From NCBI GenBank assembly GCA_965153355.1, contig OZ231126.1, positions 49,414,001-49,478,000 on the forward strand: 64,000 nt of DNA, in the 5' to 3' direction. Within the stretch, counting starts at the first letter, position 1. Each line of letters opens with the position of its first letter. The notes under the pieces were generated by a model. It did not search any database. It was given only the letters and a program-made list of their open reading frames with translations, and was not told where the DNA came from. Source of the DNA: Flaccisagitta enflata. Taxonomy: Eukaryota. The translations under genes and the position numbers were made by a program. Positions 62,730 to 64,000 of this stretch are shown one piece after another.

Positions 62730-62984
62730 TAGTGATGTGGAAGCGGAAGCGGAAGCGGAAGCGGGTGGAAGCGGCACTTTCTCACTGGAAGCGGAAGCGG
62801 AAGCGGAAGCAGTTTTTTAAATCTCAGTGGAAGCGGAAGCGGAAGCGGAAGCGGTTTTTAAAAATTTTGTGGAAGCGGAAGCGGAAGCGGATGCGGAAAT
62901 TAAGAATTCAATGGAAACGGAAGCGGAAGCGGAAGCAGATACAGTGGAAGCGGAAGCGGAAGCGCTGAAAGCTTCCGCTTCCAC
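62730..62984 (+). repeat. (GGAAGC)n clustered repeat, possible end of a hAT-like element
   Basis: TAGTGATG start followed by six blocks of GGAAGCGGAAGC separated by short spacers, then an inverted GCTTCCGCTTCC. Confidence 0.5.
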
Positions 62985-63544
62985 TTATACACATTATCAG
63001 GCTTAAGCAATTGTATAAGGTAATAGGCTTAAGAAATTCTTGTGTTTATGGTTTTCCCAATAAATGTAACCAATTTTGTAATTTTCACTATACAATATAA
63101 GACAATAATAAAAAAATAGTAATGAAAAAAATCAAGGGGGAGTAAAAAAAATCAGTTAGATGAATAAGCATTTAAGATTCTGAGAATAGAATAAGTAAAA
63201 GTGATGAATAAGAAAAATAAGATAAGGATTAAGTGAAAGTGAAAGTGGGTAAAGGATAAAGAAAAGGAAGAGGAAGAGAAAATTGTGTGAGTCTAAGTGC
63301 CTGAAAAAAAAAGAAGAGGAGGAAAAATCAAAGGAGTAGGAGGAGGAAAAAGAAGAAAAAAAGATAATAAAAATTTTGGTGAGTAAAAAATAAAGGAAAG
63401 GAAGAGGAAGAATTTGAGTGAGTGAAAGATAAAGAAGAGGAGGAGGAAGAAGAAGAATGCACATCTGTTAAGGAGACAGTGAAAAGCTAGAGTTTCAGAG
63501 GATGAAAAAGAGGATAAAAAAAAACAAAAATATAGATAAAAAAA

Positions 63545-63711
<167 letters not shown>

Positions 63712-63741
63712 AACAGACAGACAGACAGAAAGAGAGAGACA

Positions 63742-63874
<133 letters not shown>

Positions 63875-64000
63875 AGAGAGAAAGAGAAAGAGAAAAAGAT
63901 AGAGAGACAGAGAGAAAAAGAGAGTAAGAAAGAAACATAATTGATTCATCTATTCATAGTTAAAAATAAAACACCCGGTAGCTTTTTTCATTTTTACCCA

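Noticed and set aside
62730-62970. CRISPR-like repeat-spacer appearance
   Set aside because: The context is eukaryotic, the repeats are variable-length hexamer runs, the spacers are too short and there are no cas genes.

Overview
Eukaryotic (invertebrate-animal-like, microsatellite- and MITE-rich) genomic DNA; the species cannot be identified from the sequence. Most of the window (about 95-52525, minus strand) is one apparently complete giant gene. I reconstructed it by hand as a candidate TATA/Inr promoter, a non-coding first exon and 39 GT-AG coding exons whose phases all join. The CDS is 14,577 nt (~4,858 aa) and is followed by a polyA signal. The predicted product is secreted (signal peptide, no TM segment): SP - SRCR - EGF - SRCR - EGF - Reelin-like subrepeat - EGF - 6x LamG/pentraxin-like - Pro/Thr linker - SRCR - 33 tandem Ca-binding EGF - 6x LamG/pentraxin-like - linker - PAN/apple - terminal RGD. 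I do not recognise this architecture as a named protein. A 5-exon STPG1 (sperm-tail PG-rich repeat / MAPO2) homologue is nested on the + strand in its ~9.4 kb intron. Introns and the upstream 11 kb hold many simple repeats, Helentron/DINE-like non-autonomous elements with internal minisatellites, and TA-flanked TIR MITEs. Most ORFs in the supplied track are microsatellite or antisense artefacts. All domain calls are by motif recognition, not database search.
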